NCBI GenBank assembly: GCA_963719515.1
Contig: CAVRCJ010000003.1
Location: 544,001 to 608,000, forward strand
Length of the DNA: 64,000 nt
Direction: 5' to 3'
Source: an uncultured cyanobacterium
GTDB taxonomy: Bacteria > Cyanobacteriota > Cyanobacteriia > CAKZMO01
Part shown: positions 62,039 through 64,000 of the stretch, piece after piece
Layout: the number at the start of each line of letters is the position of its first letter
Numbering within the stretch: the first letter of the stretch is position 1
Position numbers and translations under genes: made by a program
Notes under the pieces: generated by a model
Told to the model about the DNA's origin: nothing
What the model saw: only the letters and a program-made list of their open reading frames with translations
Databases searched by the model: none

Positions 62039-63898
62039 ATGGCGAATTCACGAGCTACTTCCAATAACGGTCGCGACACCGTCTACGGGCAGGTAGTGTC
62101 AGAGGGTGCTCCTCCCCCGCAACGAGCCTCGTTTCCCGGCCTCGGCGTTCTCCGCAGCCGCATGCTGTGGATGGCCGTCGGCACGACCCTGTTTGTGGGT
62201 ACGGCAACGATGGCGACGACCAGCCTGCTGCGGATTCCCGGACTGCCCAACTGCCCGTCTATCTTCTGGCCCACCGCCTCTGCAACCCTGCGCGTTTACT
62301 GCGCAGAACTCGCCGCCGAGCGCAACACCGAACGCGATTTTCGGCGGGCGATCGCCTTAGTCGATAGCCTCCCCGCAGACCATCCCATGCGTGCAGAACT
62401 CGATCGCATGGTGAAGACTTGGTCTTTTCAGCTGCTTGATTTGGCAGAAGAGGCTTTTCATCAAGGGGATCTAGAGCGATCGCTATCGATTGCCCGCCGA
62501 ATTTCGCGCCAGTGGCCTGCCTACGAGGAAGTGAGCGCGAAAACCGAGGTTTGGCGAGAGGTGTGGACGACGGCGGAAAAGCTGTTCCAAGAAGCGGAAT
62601 CGGCGCTGCGCCAGGAGGAGTTCAAGCTGGCCTTTGCCATTGGGCTAGACTTATCGACCGTCGGCAATCGCTACTGGGAAACCACAAAATACCCACAGCT
62701 GAGTCGGTTAATCGACACGACTCGTAAAGAAGGAGAAAAGCTCTCTGAGGCCCGCTACCTGGCCCGTCAAGATAATCTCACCGATCTACTCAAGGCTATC
62801 GATTTGGTGCAGGAAATTGGCGAAAAAAGCTACCTACACGCAGCGGCCCGCCGGACGGCTGACCAGTTTTGGGAGACGGCGCTCAATCTAGGGCTCGACG
62901 CGCTCGATCGCGGCGATAGCCAAAAGGCCCTGGCGGTGGCGCGGCGGCTGCCTGACAGCACCGAATTCAAGGCTAGGTCTGAAGACCTGCGCGAGCTGGC
63001 GCTGGCGGTGATGCAGGCCACCAAAGACACCGTTCCTGATATAGAGAACGCTATCATTCAGGCCAAAAAAATTCGCCCCGGCAGGCCGCTATACTACCGG
63101 GCCGATGAGTTTATTCGCTACTGGCAAGTCGATATTCAAAACCTGCAGCAGCTGGCCGAAGCTGAGTCGCTGGCGTCTCGCGGAGGCGCTAACAATCTGC
63201 GGGCGGCGATCGCCCAGGCCGAGCTGGTGGGCAACAGCCAGCCTCGCGCCAGTCAGGCCCGCAACGCGATCGCCGAGTGGCGCAGCGAAGTCCAGCGTAT
63301 TGAGGACCGGCCGCTACTCAATCAGGCCGAAGCGAAGGCCAATCAGGGCGATGCCAGATCCCTAGAAGCGGCCATTTCCCAAGCCGGGAGAATTTCCTCC
63401 GACAGCGTTCTTTATAACGAAGCTTCTGGCGCGATAAACCGCTGGACCCGTCAGCTGGAGCGGATCAGGGACGCCCCGCTGCTGGAGCGCTCCCGTCAGC
63501 TAGCCCGTGAGGGCAATTACGACGAGGCGATCGCCCTTCTAGAGGGCCTGGGCTCCGAGCACGCTCTCTACGATCAGGCTCAAGGTCAGCTCGAACAGTG
63601 GCAGCAGCAAACCGAGGGTGAAACCCTGCTAGAGCAAGCCCTAGAGCTGCGAGAAGCCGACACCCCCGCCAGCTTAGCCGATGCCATTCAGCTCACGCGC
63701 CGCGTACCCCGCAGCAGCTCTAGCTGGTTTGAAGCTAACCAGTTAGGTAACGAGTGGAGCCAAGACCTGCTGCGAACTGCCCGCCAGACGGTTTCTCAAG
63801 ATTTAGACCGGGCGATCGCTATTGCCCAGCTGATTCCAGCTGACACCGACGCCTACGAGACGGCCCAAGAGTCAATTGCATCATGGCAGGGTCAGTAG
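62039..63898 (+). CDS. Membrane-anchored helical-repeat protein, cyanobacterial hypothetical
   Basis: TM segment, LPNCPSIFWPTASATLRVYCA, repeated AIxxAxxI...W helical units. Confidence 0.8.
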   Translation: MANSRATSNNGRDTVYGQVVSEGAPPPQRASFPGLGVLRSRMLWMAVGTTLFVGTATMATTSLLRIPGLPNCPSIFWPTASATLRVYCAELAAERNTERDFRRAIALVDSLPADHPMRAELDRMVKTWSFQLLDLAEEAFHQGDLERSLSIARRISRQWPAYEEVSAKTEVWREVWTTAEKLFQEAESALRQEEFKLAFAIGLDLSTVGNRYWETTKYPQLSRLIDTTRKEGEKLSEARYLARQDNLTDLLKAIDLVQEIGEKSYLHAAARRTADQFWETALNLGLDALDRGDSQKALAVARRLPDSTEFKARSEDLRELALAVMQATKDTVPDIENAIIQAKKIRPGRPLYYRADEFIRYWQVDIQNLQQLAEAESLASRGGANNLRAAIAQAELVGNSQPRASQARNAIAEWRSEVQRIEDRPLLNQAEAKANQGDARSLEAAISQAGRISSDSVLYNEASGAINRWTRQLERIRDAPLLERSRQLAREGNYDEAIALLEGLGSEHALYDQAQGQLEQWQQQTEGETLLEQALELREADTPASLADAIQLTRRVPRSSSSWFEANQLGNEWSQDLLRTARQTVSQDLDRAIAIAQLIPADTDAYETAQESIASWQGQ

Positions 63899-64000
63899 GC
63901 TGTGGCAGGGTCATGCCTCTGTGATACAAAATTCGGGCTCACAGCGCCTCATACGTTCGCGCAGGCCCACAGCGCCTTACAATAGGCCTCGCAATAGCGC

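Overview
Chromosomal window from a cyanobacterium: it has abundant HIP1 GCGATCGC sites plus petBD, psaE, acsF, glsF and sigC. The hetR gene suggests a filamentous lineage; non-heterocystous is only an inference. Most of the window is housekeeping: tkt, ctpA, petB-petD, ispG, a second ctp protease, hetR, leuB, a phosphoketolase-like enzyme, tRNA-Arg, bioY-lspA, tRNA-Phe, queD, an NrtR-controlled pncB-nadD-nrtR-nadE operon, glsF, rpsL-rpsG-fusA-tuf-rpsJ, DUF2997-ycf35-ferredoxin, sigC, acsF, lptC, psaE and a cobalamin riboswitch before cobW. An accessory block at about 18.2-24.9 kb holds a beta-helix protein and a triply frameshifted caspase/STAND-NTPase/TM/pentapeptide-repeat gene. The same block holds a roughly 420-bp non-coding element with IS200/IS605-type ends around a structured RNA, a gene with a switch-like leader, and a Uma2 nuclease. 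Two related tnpA-less IS605-family tnpB elements are present. One splits the SQFT motif of a decayed dtd gene; the other carries an unannotated divergent 46-aa ribbon-helix-helix gene. Other highlights are two large insertions in the cobalamin riboswitch, an unannotated 42-aa membrane peptide upstream of ispG, and a PsaE with a long C-terminal tail. All calls were made by eye; no searches or folding programs were run.
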